The notes below the pieces were generated by a model. That model was not told where the DNA came from. It made no database searches and was given only the letters and a program-made list of their open reading frames with translations. The translations under genes and the position numbers were made by a program. A DNA stretch of 64,000 nucleotides from the human T2T-CHM13v2.0 reference genome, Homo sapiens. Of this stretch, positions 41,922 through 63,677 are shown one piece after another (the stretch's first letter is position 1; every line of letters starts with the position of its first letter). The DNA is taken from the NCBI RefSeq assembly GCF_009914755.1, contig NC_060948.1; one strand, 5' to 3'.

Positions 41922-44022
41922 AGATCCATATTTTTTAAATGAAAAAAAATTTCAAAGGTACTCTGCTTGGTACAATAATCAAATGTATAAACTGAGGAAT
42001 AAAACATAACCATGAAACCTACTTATAACTGCATATGGAAAATACAGAGGATAATTTTTTAAATAACATATTTTGAAAGCCTTAACTAGTAATTTGAAGA
42101 GTTGGTATTTGAAAGGCCAGTATGAATATACCTTCAAAGCAGCAACACAGGTTCCCCATGAGGAAAAGCAAACTCAGGGAAAATAAAACCACAAAGGTTC
42201 AATCTCTTCTGACCTTTGAAAGACACAGCACAGACAGTGGTCCTTAGGACGAAGAGCAGGAGACCCCTAATTCCGTCACCATGGCGATAGGGCATAAACA
42301 TTGCTGGGTGAGGGCACAATCCACATTGTGAGGTCCAACTGCTGCCAGGAAGACAGGAGTGCTTTTACATAGACCGAAAGGTCATTGAAGGCTCAGAGTT
42401 TTGTTTCAAGAACTGAATCCCAAGCCCACACGTTATTAGGCTGCGCTTCTTAAAACAAGTTATGAGATGGGAAAAAGGGCACCTACAAACATACGTATAC
42501 ATTATGTATATAATAATATACAGTATCATATATATAATATATATAACCCATGTATAATATTGTTTTACATCCTGCATCTTATATTATATATATTGTATAA
42601 AATATAATAATTGATAATATATAAATTTTATATTTATACAATATGACATATAGTATATATTATAATTTATTACATATATAATATATGTTATATATCATAT
42701 ATAGAATATATTATACGGTTAATATACGTATTAAATATAAATTATACATTATATATATTATATATAATATATCTGCTATATATAATACCCATTGTGCATA
42801 ATATATATATTATGTCTATGTTATATATAGTATAAAACAACATATAATAATATATAATTGTATATATAAAACGCGACATATAATATATATTATATTTTAT
42901 GACATATGTAATATATATTATATATTATATATAATACGTTGTATGTATAATACCTATATTAAATATAAATTATATGACTATGTTATTAATTACATGTCAC
43001 ATATGTTATATATTATATATTTTACATAGAATATACCGGTTACATACAATATATACTATGTTACCTATAATGTATAATTTATTACATGTAAAATAAAGAA
43101 TGCAATATATTATGTATAATTTATAATATACAATATGTGGAATGTGATATATATAACATATAATATATGATATATGATATACAGTATATGATATATAACA
43201 TACAATATATGATACCTAATATATATGGTATACAATATATATTTTATGATATGTATACTATATGTTTTATATTCTGTTATATATAACTATTTGAAATTAT
43301 ATATAACTGTATAATATTTTATGTAAATATGTAATATAATATATAACTATATAATATATTATATATAACTATATATTATGTTATATATACTTTTATAACA
43401 TAATTTACATAAAATATCATAATATAATATATATTATATTATTTCATATTACATAATATATATTACATATCACCCAATATAAGTAACATACATAATATTA
43501 TAATATAGATTATATTATGTTATATTAAATATCATATATATCATGTATCATATATTCTATAATATATATGATACATTATATAATATGTATGTTGTCTATT
43601 ATGTGATATATATAACTATATATAATTATATTATTATACATATTACTAGATAAACATGTAATTCTACATATTTTCATTTATAATATATAGAATTATATAA
43701 TCATATATAATTATTTATATTCTATAAAAAATTATATCATTATATAAATTATAATATATAAAAATTATAATATGTACTACAAATATATATTTTATATATC
43801 ATATATGATATAGTACCTTTGTTATATATCATAATACATATAAATGTGTATTATGTTATCTATAATTATATAATTTCATATATAAGATGTATAATATGTA
43901 TTATATATTATATATGTTATGTAATATATATAGTATATATAAGATGACACAGGATAAATATTATATACTATGACATATAAAATATATGAGGTTATATGTT
44001 ACATATAAGGCATAGCACATAA

Positions 44023-44337
<315 letters not shown>

Positions 44338-46465
44338 AGATCCATATTTTTTAAATGAAAAAAAATTTCAAAGGTACTCTGCTTGGTACAATAATCAAAT
44401 GTATAAACTGAGGAATAAAACATAACCATGAAACCTACTTATAACTGCATATGGAAAATACAGAGGATAATTTTTTAAATAACATATTTTGAAAGCCTTA
44501 ACTAGTAATTTGAAGAGTTGGCATTTGAAAGGCCAGTATGAATATACCTTCAAAGCAGCAACACAGGTTCCCCATGAGAAAAAGCAAACTCAGGGAAAAT
44601 AAAACCACAAAGGTTCAATCTCTTCTGACCTTTGAAAGACACAGCACAGACAGTGGTCCTTAGGACGAAGAGCAGGAGACCCCTAATTCCGTCACCATGG
44701 CGATAGGGCATAAACATTGCTGGGTGAGGGCACAATCCACATTGTGAGGTCCAACTGCTGCCAGGAAGACAGGAGTGCTTTTACATAGACCGAAAGGTCA
44801 TTGAAGGCTCAGAGTTTTGTTTCAAGAACTGAATCCCAAGCCCACACGTTATTAGGCTGCGCTTCTTAAAACAAGTTATGAGATGGGAAAAAGGGCACCC
44901 ACAAACATACGTATACATTATGTATATAATAATATACAGTATCATATATATAATATATATAACCTATGTATAATATTGTTTTATATCCTGCATCTTATAT
45001 TATATATATTGTATAAAATGTAATAATTGATAAAATATAAGTTTTATATTTATACAATATGACATATAGTATATATTATAATTTATGACATATATAATAT
45101 ATGTTATATATCATATATAGAATATATTATACGGTTAATATACGTATTAAATATAAATTATACATTATATATATTATATAAAATATATCTGTTATATATA
45201 ATACCCATTATGCATAATATATATATTATGTCTATGTTATATATACTATAAAACAACATATAATAATATATAACTGTATATATAAAATGCGACATATAAT
45301 ATATATTATATTTTATGACATATGTAATATATATTATATATTATATATAATACGTTGTATGTATAATACCTATATTAAATATATATTATATGACTATGTT
45401 ATTAATTACATGTCACATATGTTATATATTATATATTTTACATAGAATATACCGGTTACATACAATATATACTATGTTACCTATAATGTATAATTGATTA
45501 CATGTAAAATAAAGAATGCAATATATTATGTATAATTTATAATATACAATATGTGGAATGTGATATATATAACATATAATATATGATATATGATATACAG
45601 TATATGATATATAACATACAATATATGATACCTGATATATATGGTATACAATATATATTTTATGATATGTATTCTCTATGTTTTATATTCTTTTATATAT
45701 AACTATTTGAAATTATATATAACTGTATAATATTTTATGTAAATATGTAATATAATATATATAACTATATAATATTTTATATATAACTATATATTATGTT
45801 ATATATACTTTTATAACATAATTTACATAAAATATCATAATATAATATATATTATATTATTTCATATTACATAATATACATTCCATATGACCCAATATAA
45901 GTAACATACATAATATTATAATATAGATTATATTATGTTATATTAAATTTCATATATATCATGTATCATATATTCCATAATATATATTATACATTATATA
46001 ATATGTATGTTGTCTATTATGTGATATATATAACTAAATATATAATTATATTGTGATACATATAACTAGATAAACATGTAATTCTACATATTTTCATTTA
46101 TAATATATAAAATTATATAATCATATATAATTATTTATATTCTATAAAAAATTATATCATTATATAAATTATAATATATAAAAATCATAATATGTCCTAC
46201 AAATATATATATTATATATCATATATGATATAGTACCTTTGTTATATATCATAATACATATAAATGTGTATTATGTTATCTATAATTATATAATTTCATA
46301 TATAAGATGTATAATATATATTATATATTATATATGTTATGTAATATATATAGTATATATAAGATGTCACAGGATAAATATTATATACTATGACATATAA
46401 AATATATGAGGTTATATGTTACATATAAGGCATAGCACATAACATGTAATATATATCATCTATAA

Positions 46466-46757
<292 letters not shown>

Positions 46758-48862
46758 AGATCCATATTTTTTAAATGAAAAAAAATTTCAAAGGTACTCT
46801 GCTTGGTACAATAATCAAATGTATAAACTGAGGAATAAAACATAACCATGAAACCTACTTATAACTGCATATGGAAAATACAGAGGATAATTTTTTAAAT
46901 AACATATTTTGAAAGCCTTAACTAGTAAATTGAAGAGTTGGCATTTGAAAGGCCAGTATGAATATACCTTCAAAGCAGCAACACAGGTTCCCCATGAGAA
47001 AAAGCAAACTCAGGGAAAATAAAACCACAAAGGTTCAATCTCTTCTGACCTTTGAAAGACACAGCACAGACAGTGGTCCTTAGGACGAAGAGCAGGAGAC
47101 CCCTAATTCCGTCACCATGGCGATAGGGCATAAACATTGCTGGGTGAGGGCACAATCCACATTGTGAGGTCCAACTGCTGCCAGGAAGACAGGAGTGCTT
47201 TTACATAGACCGAAAGGTCATTGAAGGCTCAGAGTTTTGTTTCAAGAACTGAATCCCAAGCCCACACGTTATTAGGCTGCGCTTCTTAAAACAAGTTATG
47301 AGATGGGAAAAAGGGCACCCACAAACATACGTATACATTATGTATATAATAATATACAGTATCATATATATAATATATATAACCTATGTATAATATTGTT
47401 TTACATAATGCATCTTATATTATATATATTGTATAAAATATAATAATTGATAATATATAAGTTTCATATTTATACAATATGACATATAGTATATATTATA
47501 ATTTATGACATATATAATATATGTTATATATCATATATAGAATATATTATACTGTTAATATACGTATTAAATATAAATTATACATTATATATATTATATA
47601 TAATATATCTGTTATATATAATACCCATTATGCATAATATATATATTATATCTATGTTATATATAGTATAAAACAACATATAATAATATATAATTGTATA
47701 TATAAAATGCGACATATAATATATATTATATTTTATGACATATGTAATATATATTATATATTATATATAATACGTTGTATGTATAATACCTATAATAAAT
47801 ATATATTATATGACTATGTTATTAATTACATGTCACATGTGTTATATATTATATATTTTACATAGAATATACCGGTTACATACAATATATACTATGTTAC
47901 CTATAATGTATAATTTATTACATGTAAAATAAAGAATGCAATATATTATGTATAATTTATAATATACAATATGTGGAATGTGATATATATAACATATAAT
48001 ATATGATATATGATATACAGTATATGATATATAACATACAATATATGATACCTAATATATATGGTATACAATATATATTTTATGATATGTATTCTATATG
48101 TTTTATATTCTGTTATATATAACTATTTGAAATTATATATAACTGTATAATATTTTATGTAAATATGTAATATAATATATATAACTATATAATATATTAT
48201 ATATAACTATATATTATGTTATATATACTTTTATAACATAATTTACATAAAATATCATAATATAATATATATTATATTATTTCATATTACATAATATATA
48301 TTACATATCACCCAATATAAGTAACATACATAATATTATAATATAGATTATGTTATGTTATATTAAATATCATATATATCATGTATCATATATTCTATAA
48401 TATATATTATACATTATATAATATGTATGTTGTCTATTATGAGATATATATAACTATATATATAATTATATTATTATACATATAACTAGATAAACATGTA
48501 ATTCTACATATTTTCATTTATAATATATAGAATTATATAATCATATATAATTATTTATATTCTATAAAAAATTATATCATTATATAAATTATAATATATA
48601 AAAATTATAATATGTACTACAAATATATATATTATATATCATATATGATATAGTACCTTTGTTATATATCATAATACATATAAATGTGTATTATGTTATC
48701 TATAATTATATAATTTCATATATAAGATGTATAATATGTATTATATATTATATATGTTATGTAATATATATAGTATATATAAGATGACACAGGATAAATA
48801 TTATATACTATGACATATAAAATATATGAGGTTATATGTTTCATATAAGGCATAGCACATAA

Positions 48863-49177
<315 letters not shown>

Positions 49178-51282
49178 AGATCCATATTTTTTAAATGCAA
49201 AAAAATTTCAAAGGTACTCTGCTTGGTACATTAATCAAATGTATAAACTGAGGAATAAAACATAACCATGAAACCTACTTATAACTGCATATGGAAAATA
49301 CAGAGGATAATTTTTTAAATAACATATTTTGAAAGCCTTAACTAGTAATTTGAAGAGTTGGCATTTGAAAGGCCAGTATGAATATACCTTCAAAGCAGCA
49401 ACACAGGTTCCCCATGAGAAAAAGCAAACTCAGGGAAAATAAAAACATAAATGTTCAATCTCTTCTGACCTTTGAAAGACACAGCACAGACAGTGGTCCT
49501 TAGGACGAAGAGCAGGAGACCCCTAATTCCGTCACCATGGCGATAGGGCATAAACACTGCTGGGTGAGGGCACAATCCACATTGTGAGGTCCAACTGCTG
49601 CCAGGAAGACAGGAGTGCTTTTACATAGACCGAAAGGTCATTGAAGGCTCAGAGTTTTGTTTCAAGAACTGAATCCCAAGCCCACACGTTATTAGGCTGC
49701 GCTTCTTAAAACAAGTTATGAGATGGGAAAAAGGGCACCCACAAACATACGTATACATTATGTATATAATAATATACAGTATCATATATATAATATATAT
49801 AACCTATGTATAATATTGTTTTACATAATGCATCTTATATTATATATATTGTATAAAATATAATAATTGATAATATATAAGTTTCATATTTATACAATAT
49901 GACATATAGTATATATTATAATTTATGACATATATAATATATGTTATATATCATATATAGAATATATTATACTGTTAATATACGTATTAAATATAAATTA
50001 TACATTATATATATTATATATAATATATCTGTTATATATAATACCCATTATGCATAATATATATATTATATCTATGTTATATATAGTATAAAACAACATA
50101 TAATAATATATAATTGTATATATAAAATGCGACATATAATATATATTATATTTTATGACATATGTAATATATATTATATATTATATATAATACGTTGTAT
50201 GTATAATACCTATAATAAATATATATTATATGACTATGTTATTAATTACATGTCACATGTGTTATATATTATATATTTTACATAGAATATACCGGTTACA
50301 TACAATATATACTATGTTACCTATAATGTATAATTTATTACATGTAAAATAAAGAATGCAATATATTATGTATAATTTATAATATACAATATGTGGAATG
50401 TGATATATATAACATATAATATATGATATATGATATACAGTATATGATATATAACATACAATATATGATACCTAATATATATGGTATACAATATATATTT
50501 TATGATATGTATTCTATATGTTTTATATTCTGTTATATATAACTATTTGAAATTATATATAACTGTATAATATTTTATGTAAATATGTAATATAATATAT
50601 ATAACTATATAATATATTATATATAACTATATATTATGTTATATATACTTTTATAACATAATTTACATAAAATATCATAATATAATATATATTATATTAT
50701 TTCATATTACATAATATATATTACATATCACCCAATATAAGTAACATACATAATATTATAATATAGATTATGTTATGTTATATTAAATATCATATATATC
50801 ATGTATCATATATTCTATAATATATATTATACATTATATAATATGTATGTTGTCTATTATGAGATATATATAACTATATATATAATTATATTATTATACA
50901 TATAACTAGATAAACATGTAATTCTACATATTTTCATTTATAATATATAGAATTATATAATCATATATAATTATTTATATTCTATAAAAAATTATATCAT
51001 TATATAAATTATAATATATAAAAATTATAATATGTACTACAAATATATATATTATATATCATATATGATATAGTACCTTTGTTATATATCATAATACATA
51101 TAAATGTGTATTATGTTATCTATAATTATATAATTTCATATATAAGATGTATAATATGTATTATATATTATATATGTTATGTAATATATATAGTATATAT
51201 AAGATGACACAGGATAAATATTATATACTATGACATATAAAATATATGAGGTTATATGTTTCATATAAGGCATAGCACATAA

Positions 51283-51597
<315 letters not shown>

Positions 51598-53702
51598 AGA
51601 TCCATATTTTTTAAATGCAAAAAAATTTCAAAGGTACTCTGCTTGGTACATTAATCAAATGTATAAACTGAGGAATAAAACATAACCATGAAACCTACTT
51701 ATAACTGCATATGGAAAATACAGAGGATAATTTTTTAAATAACATATTTTGAAAGCCTTAACTAGTAATTTGAAGAGTTGGCATTTGAAAGGCCAGTATG
51801 AATATACCTTCAAAGCAGCAACACAGGTTCCCCATGAGAAAAAGCAAACTCAGGGAAAATAAAAACATAAATGTTCAATCTCTTCTGACCTTTGAAAGAC
51901 ACAGCACAGACAGTGGTCCTTAGGACGAAGAGCAGGAGACCCCTAATTCCGTCACCATGGCGATAGGGCATAAACACTGCTGGGTGAGGGCACAATCCAC
52001 ATTGTGAGGTCCAACTGCTGCCAGGAAGACAGGAGTGCTTTTACATAGACCGAAAGGTCATTGAAGGCTCAGAGTTTTGTTTCAAGAACTGAATCCCAAG
52101 CCCACACGTTATTAGGCTGCGCTTCTTAAAACAAGTTATGAGATGGGAAAAAGGGCACCCACAAACATACGTATACATTATGTATATAATAATATACAAT
52201 ATCATATATATAATATATATAACCTATGTATAATATTGTTTTACATCCTGCATCTTATAATATATATATTGTATAAAATATAATAATTGATAATATATAT
52301 GTTTTATATTTATACAATATGACATATAGTATATATTATAATTTATGACATATATAATATATGTTATATATCATATATAGAATATATTATACGGTTAATA
52401 TACGTATTAAATATAAATTATACATTATATATATTATATATAATATATCTGTTATATATAATACCCATTATGCATAATATATATATTATGTCTATGTTAT
52501 ATATAGTATAAAACAACATATAATAATATATAATTGTATATATAAAATGCGACATATAATATATATTATATTTTATGACATATGTAATATATATTATATA
52601 TTATATATAATACGTGGTATGTATAATACCTATATTAAATATATATTATATGACTATGTTATTAATTACATGTCACATATGTTATATATTATATATTTTA
52701 CATAGAATATACCGGTTACATACAATATATACTATGTTACCTATAATGTATAATTGATTACATGTAAAATAAAGAATGCAATATATTATGTATAATTTAT
52801 AATATACAATATGTGGAATGTGATATATATAACATATAATATATGATATATGATATACAGTATATGATATATAACATACAATATATGATACCTAATATAT
52901 ATGGTATACAATATATATTTTATGTTATGTATTCTATATGTTTTATATTCTGTTATATATAACTATTTGAAATTATATATAACTGTATAATATTTTATGT
53001 AAATATGTAATATAATATATATAACTATAAAATATATTATATATAACTATATATTATGTTATATATACTTTTATAACATAATTTACATAAAATATCATAA
53101 TATAATATATATTATATTATTTCACATTACATAATATATATTACATATCACCCAATATAAGTAACATACATAATATTATAATATAGATTATATTATGTTA
53201 TATTAAATATCATATATATCATGTATCATATATTCTATAATATATATTATACATTATATAATATGTATGTTGTCCATTATGTGATATATATAACTATATA
53301 TATAATTATATTATTATACATATAACTAGATAAACATGTAATTCTACATATTTTCATTTATAATATATAGAATTATATAATCATATATAATTATTTATAT
53401 TCTATAAAAAATTATATCATTATATAAATTATAATATATAAAAATTATAAGATGTACTACAAATATATATATTATATATCATATATGATATAGTACCTTT
53501 GTTATATATCATAATACATATAAATGTGTATTATGTTATCTATAATTTTATAATTTCATATATAAGATGTATAATATGTATTATATATTGTATATGTTAT
53601 GTAATATATATAGTATATATAAGCTGACACAGGATAAATATTATATACTATGACATATAAAATATATGAGGTTATATGTTACATATAAGGCATAGCACAT
53701 AA

Positions 53703-54017
<315 letters not shown>

Positions 54018-56118
54018 AGATCCATATTTTTTAAATGAAAAAAAATTTCAAAGGTACTCTGCTTGGTACAATAATCAAATGTATAAACTGAGGAATAAAA
54101 CATAACCATGAAACCTACTTATAACTGCATATGGAAAATACAGAGGATAATTTTTTAAATAACATATTTTGAAAGCCTTAACTAGTAATTTGAAGAGTTG
54201 GCATTTGAAAGGCCAGTATGAATATACCTTCAAAGCAGCAACACAGGTTCCCCATGAGAAAAAGCAAACTCAGGGAAAATAAAACCACAAAGGTTCAATC
54301 TCTTCTGACCTTTGAAAGACACAGCACAGACAGTGGTCCTTAGGACGAAGAGCAGGAGACCCCTAATTCCGTCACCATGGCGATAGGGCATAAACATTGC
54401 TGGGTGAGGGCACAATCCACATTGTGAGGTCCAACTGCTGCCAGGAAGACAGGAGTGCTTTTACATAGACCGAAAGGTCATTGAAGGCTCAGAGTTTTGT
54501 TTCAAGAACTGAATCCCAAGCCCACACGTTATTAGGCTGCGCTTCTTAAAACAAGTTATGAGATGGGAAAAAGGGCACCTACAAACATACGTATACATTA
54601 TGTATATAATAATATACAGTATCATATATATAATATATATAACCCATGTATAATATTGTTTTACATCCTGCATCTTATATTATATATATTGTATAAAATA
54701 TAATAATTGATAATATATAAGTTTTATATTTATACAATATGACATATAGTATATATTATAATTTATGACATATATAATATATGTTATATATCATATATAG
54801 AATATATTATACGGTTAATATACGTATTAAATATAAATTATACATTATATATATTATATATAATATATCTGCTATATATAATACCCATTGTGCATAATAT
54901 ATATATTATGTCTATGTTATATAATATAAAACAACATATAATAATATATAATTGTATATATAAAACGCGACATATAATATATATTATATTTTATGACATA
55001 TGTAATATATATTATATATTATATATAATACGTTGTATGTATAATACCTATATTAAATATAAATTATATGACTATGTTATTAATTACATGTCACATATGT
55101 TATATATTATATATTTTACATAGAATATACCGGTTACATACAATATATACTATGTTACCTATAATGTATAATTTATTACATGTAAAATAAAGAATGCAAT
55201 ATATTATGTATAATTTATAATATACAATATGTGGAATGTGATATATATAACATATAATATATGATATATGATATACAGTATATGATATATAACATACAAT
55301 ATATGATACCTAATATATATGGTATACAATATATATTTTATGATATGTATTCTATATGTTTTATATTCTGATATATATAACTATTTGAAATTATATATAA
55401 CTGTATAATATTTTATGTAAATATGTAATATAATATATAACTATATAATATATTATATATAACTATATATTATGTTATATATACTTTTATAACATAATTT
55501 ACATAAAATATCATAATATAATATATATTATATTATTTCACATTACATAATATATATTACATATCACCCAATATAAGTAACATACATAATATTATAATAT
55601 AGATTATATTATGTTATATTAAATATCATATATATCATGTATCATATATTCTATAATATATATTATACATTATATAATATGTATGTTGTCCATTATGTGA
55701 TATATATAACTATATATATAATTATATTATTATACATATAACTAGATAAACATGTAATTCTACATATTTTCATTTATAATATATAGAATTATATAATCAT
55801 ATATAATTATTTATATTCTATAAAAAATTATATCATTATATAAATTATAATATATAAAAATTATAAGATGTACTACAAATATATATATTATATATCATAT
55901 ATGATATAGTACCTTTGTTATATATCATAATACATATAAATGTGTATTATGTTATCTATAATTTTATAATTTCATATATAAGATTTATAATATGTATTAT
56001 ATATTGTATATGTTATGTAATATATATAGTATATATAAGCTGACACAGGATAAATATTATATACTATGACATATAAAATATATGAGGTTATATGTTACAT
56101 ATAAGGCATAGCACATAA

Positions 56119-56433
<315 letters not shown>

Positions 56434-58532
56434 AGATCCATATTTTTTAAATGAAAAAAAATTTCAAAGGTACTCTGCTTGGTACAATAATCAAATGTAT
56501 AAACTGAGGAATAAAACATAACCATGAAACCTACTTATAACTGCATATGGAAAATACAGAGGATAATTTTTTAAATAACATATTTTGAAAGCCTTAACTA
56601 GTAATTTGAAGAGTTGGCATTTGAAAGGCCAGTATGAATATACCTTCAAAGCAGCAACACAGGTTCCCCATGAGAAAAAGCAAACTCAGGGAAAATAAAA
56701 CCACAAAGGTTCAATCTCTTCTGACCTTTGAAAGACACAGCACAGACAGTGGTCCTTAGGACGAAGAGCAGGAGACCCCTAATTCCGTCACCATGGCGAT
56801 AGGGCATAAACATTGCTGGGTGAGGGCACAATCCACATTGTGAGGTCCAACTGCTGCCAGGAAGACAGGAGTGCTTTTACATAGACCGAAAGGTCATTGA
56901 AGGCTCAGAGTTTTGTTTCAAGAACTGAATCCCAAGCCCACACGTTATTAGGCTGCGCTTCTTAAAACAAGTTATGAGATGGGAAAAAGGGCACCTACAA
57001 ACATATGTATACATTATGTATATAATAATATACAGTATCATATATATAATATATATAACCCATGTATAATATTGTTTTACATCCTGCATCTTATATTATA
57101 TATATTGTATAAAATATAATAATTGATAATATATAAGTTTTATATTTATACAATATGACATATAGTATATATTATAATTTATGACATATATAATATATGT
57201 TATATATCATATATAGAATATATTATACGGTTAATATACGTATTAAATATAAATTATACATTATATATATTATATATAATATATCTGCTATATATAATAC
57301 CCATTGTGCATAATATATATATTATGTCTATGTTATATAATATAAAACAACATATAATAATATATAATTGTATATATAAAACGCGACATATAATATATAT
57401 TATATTTTATGACATATGTAATATATATTATATATTATATATAATACGTTGTATGTATAATACCTATATTAAATATAAATTATATGACTATGTTATTAAT
57501 TACATGTCACATATGTTATATATTATATATTTTACATAGAATATACCGGTTACATACAATATATACTATGTTACCTATAATGTATAATTTATTACATGTA
57601 AAATAAAGAATGCAATATATTATGTATAATTTATAATATACAATATGTGGAATGTGATATATATAACATATAATATATGATATATGATATACAGTATATG
57701 ATATATAACATACAATATATGATACCTAATATATATGGTATACAATATATATTTTATGATATGTATTCTATATGTTTTATATTCTGATATATATAACTAT
57801 TTGAAATTATATATAACTGTATAATATTTTATGTAAATATGTAATATAATATATAACTATATAATATATTATATATAACTATATATTATGTTATATATAC
57901 TTTTATAACATAATTTACATAAAATATCATAATATAATATATATTATATTATTTCATATTACATAATATATATTACATATCACCCAATATAAGTAACATA
58001 CATAATATTATAATATAGATTATATTATGTTATATTAAATATCATATATATCATGTATCATATATTCTATAGTATATATGATACATTATATAATATGTAT
58101 GTTGTCTATTATGTGATATATATAACTATATATAATTATATTATTATACATATTACTAGATAAACATGTAATTCTACATATTTTCATTTATAATATATAG
58201 AATTATATTATCATATATAATTATTTATATTCTATAAAAAATTATATCATTATATAAATTATAATATATAAAAATTATAATATGTACTACAAATATATAT
58301 ATTATATATCATATATGATATAGTACCTTTGTTATATATCATAATACATATAAATGTGTATTATGTTATCTATAATTATATAATTTCATATATAAGATGT
58401 ATAATATGTATTATATATTATATATGTTATGTAATATATATAGTATATATAAGATGACACAGGATAAATATTATATACTATGACATATAAAATATATGAG
58501 GTTATATGTTACATATAAGGCATAGCACATAA

Positions 58533-58847
<315 letters not shown>

Positions 58848-60948
58848 AGATCCATATTTTTTAAATGAAAAAAAATTTCAAAGGTACTCTGCTTGGTACA
58901 ATAATCAAATGTATAAACTGAGGAATAAAACATAACCATGAAACCTACTTATAACTGCATATGGAAAATACAGAGGATAATTTTTTAAATAACATATTTT
59001 GAAAGCCTTAACTAGTAATTTGAAGAGTTGGCATTTGAAAGGCCAGTATGAATATACCTTCAAAGCAGCAACACAGGTTCCCCATGAGAAAAAGCAAACT
59101 CAGGGAAAATAAAACCACAAAGGTTCAATCTCTTCTGACCTTTGAAAGACACAGCACAGACAGTGGTCCTTAGGACGAAGAGCAGGAGACCCCTAATTCC
59201 GTCACCATGGCGATAGGGCATAAACATTGCTGGGTGAGGGCACAATCCACATTGTGAGGTCCAACTGCTGCCAGGAAGACAGGAGTGCTTTTACATAGAC
59301 CGAAAGGTCATTGAAGGTTCAGAGTTTTGTTTCAAGAACTGAATCCCAAGCCCACACGTTATTAGGCTGCGCTTCTTAAAACAAGTTATGAGATGGGAAA
59401 AAGGGCACCTACAAACATACGTATACATTATGTATATAATAATATACAGTATCATATATATAATATATATAACCCATGTATAATATTGTTTTACATCCTG
59501 CATCTTATGTTATATATATTGTATAAAATATAATAATTGATAATATATAAATTTTATATTTATACAATATGACATATAGTATATATTATAATTTATTACA
59601 TATATAATATATGTTATATATCATATATAGAATATATTCTATGGTTAATATACCTATTAAATATAAATTATACATTATATATATTATATATAATATATCT
59701 GCTATATATAATACCCATTGTGCATAATATATATATTATGTCTATGTTATATATAGTATAAAACAACATATAATAATATATAATTGTATATATAAAACGC
59801 GACATATAATATATATTATATTTTATGACAGATGTAATATATATTATATATTATATATAATACGTTGTATGTATAATACCTATATTAAATATAAATTATA
59901 TGACTATGTTATTAATTACATGTCACATATGTTATATATTATATATTTTACATAGAATATACCGGTTACATACAATATATACTATGTTACCTATAATGTA
60001 TAATTTATTACATGTAAAATAAAGAATGCAATATATTATGTATAATTTATAATATACAATATGTGGAATGTGATATATATAACATATAATATATGATATA
60101 TGATATACAGTATATGATATATAACATACAATGTATGATACCTAATATATATGGTATACAATATATATTTTATGATATGTATTCTATATGTTTTATATTC
60201 TGTTATATATAACTATTTGAAATTATATATAACTGTATAATATTTTATGTAAATATGTAATATAATATATAACTATATAATATATTATATATAACTATAT
60301 ATTATGTTATATATACTTTTATAACATAATTTACATAAAATATCATAATATAATATATATTATATTATTTCATATTACATAATATATATTACATATCACC
60401 CAATATAAGTAACATACATAATATTATAATATAGATTATATTATGTTATATTAAATATCATATATATCATGTATCATATATTCTATAATATATATGATAC
60501 ATTATATAATATGTATGTTGTCTATTATGTGATATATATAACTATATATAATTATATTATTATACATATTACTAGATAAACATGTAATTCTACATATTTT
60601 CCTTTATAATATATAGAATTATATAATCATATATAATTATTTATATTCTATAAAAAATTATATCATTATATAAATTATAATATATAAAAATTATAATATG
60701 TACTACAAATATATATATTATATATCATATATGATATAGTACCTTTGTTATATATCATAATACATATAAATGTGTATTATGTTATCTATAATTATATAAT
60801 TTCATATATAAGATGTATAATATGTATTATATATTATATATGTTATGTAATATATATAGTATATATAAGATGACACAGGATAAATATTATATACTATGAC
60901 ATATAAAATATATGAGGTTATATGTTACATATAAGGCATAGCACATAA

Positions 60949-61263
<315 letters not shown>

Positions 61264-63385
61264 AGATCCATATTTTTTAAATGAAAAAAAATTTCAAAGG
61301 TACTCTGCTTGGTACAATAATCAAATGTATAAACTGAGGAATAAAACATAACCATGAAACCTACTTATAACTGCATATGGAAAATACAGAGGATAATTTT
61401 TTAAATAACATATTTTGAAAGCCTTAACTAGTAATTTGAAGAGTTGGCATTTGAAAGGCCAGTATGAATATACCTTCAAAGCAGCAACACAGGTTCCCCA
61501 TGAGAAAAAGCAAACTCAGGGAAAATAAAACCACAAAGGTTCAATCTCTTCTGACCTTTGAAAGACACAGCACAGACAGTGGTCCTTAGGACGAAGAGCA
61601 GGAGACCCCTAATTCCGTCACCATGGCGATAGGGCATAAACATTGCTGGGTGAGGGCACAATCCACATTGTGAGGTCCAACTGCTGCCAGGAAGACAGGA
61701 GTGCTTTTACATAGACCGAAAGGTCATTGAAGGCTCAGAGTTTTGTTTCAAGAACTGAATCCCAAGCCCACACGTTATTAGGCTGCGCTTCTTAAAACAA
61801 GTTATGAGATGGGAAAAAGGGCACCTACAAACATACGTATACATTATGTATATAATAATATACAGTATCATATATATAATATATATAACCCATGTATAAT
61901 ATTGTTTTACATCCTGCATCTTATATTATATATATTGTATAAAATATAATAATTGATAATATATAAATTTTATATTTATACAATATGACATATAGTATAT
62001 ATTATAATTTATTACATATATAATATATGTTATATATCATATATAGAATATATTATACGGTTAATATACGTATTAAATATAAATTATACATTATATATAT
62101 TATATATAATATATCTGCTATATATAATACCCATTGTGCATAATATATATATTATGTCTATGTTATATAATATAAAACAACATATAATAATATATAATTG
62201 TATATATAAAACGCGACATATAATATATATTATATTTTATGACATATGTAATATATATTATATATTATATATAATACGTTGTATGTATAATACCTATATT
62301 AAATATAAATTATATGACTATGTTATTAATTACATGTCACATATGTTATATATTATATATTTTACATAGAATATACCGGTTACATACAATATATACTATG
62401 TTACCTATAATGTATAATTTATTACATGTAAAATAAAGAATGCAATATATTATGTATAATTTATAATATACCATATGTGGAATGTGATATATATAACATA
62501 TAATATATGATATATGATATACAGTATATGATATATAACATACAATATATGATACCTAATATATATGGTATACAATATATATTTTATGATATGTATTCTA
62601 TATGTTTTATATTCTGATATATATAACTATTTGAAATTATATATAACTGTATAATATTTTATGTAAATATGTAATATAATATATAACTATATAATATATT
62701 ATATATAACTATATATTATGTTATATATACTTTTATAACATAATTTACATAAAATATCATAATATAATATATATTATATTATTTCATATTACATAATATA
62801 TATTACATATCACCCAATATAAGTAACATACATAATATTATAATATAGATTATATTATGTTATATTAAATATCATATATATCATGTATCATATATTCTAT
62901 AATATATATGATACATTATATAATATGTATGCTGTCTATTATGTGATATATATAACTATATATAATTATATTATTATACATATTACTAGATAAACATGTA
63001 ATTCTACATATTTTCATTTATAATATATAGAATTATATAATCATATATAATTATTTATATTCTATAAAAAATTATATCATTATATAAATTATAATATATA
63101 AAAATTATAATATGTACTACAAATATATATATTATATATCATATATGATATAGTACCTTTGTTATATATCATAATACATATAAATGTGTATTATGTTATC
63201 TATAATTATATAATTTCATATATAAGATGTATAATATGTATTATATATTATATATGTTATGTAATATATATAGTATATATAAGATGACACAGGATAAATA
63301 TTATATACTATGACATATAAAATATATGAGGTTATATGTTACATATAAGGCATAGCACATAACATGTAATATATATCATATATAA

Positions 63386-63677
<292 letters not shown>
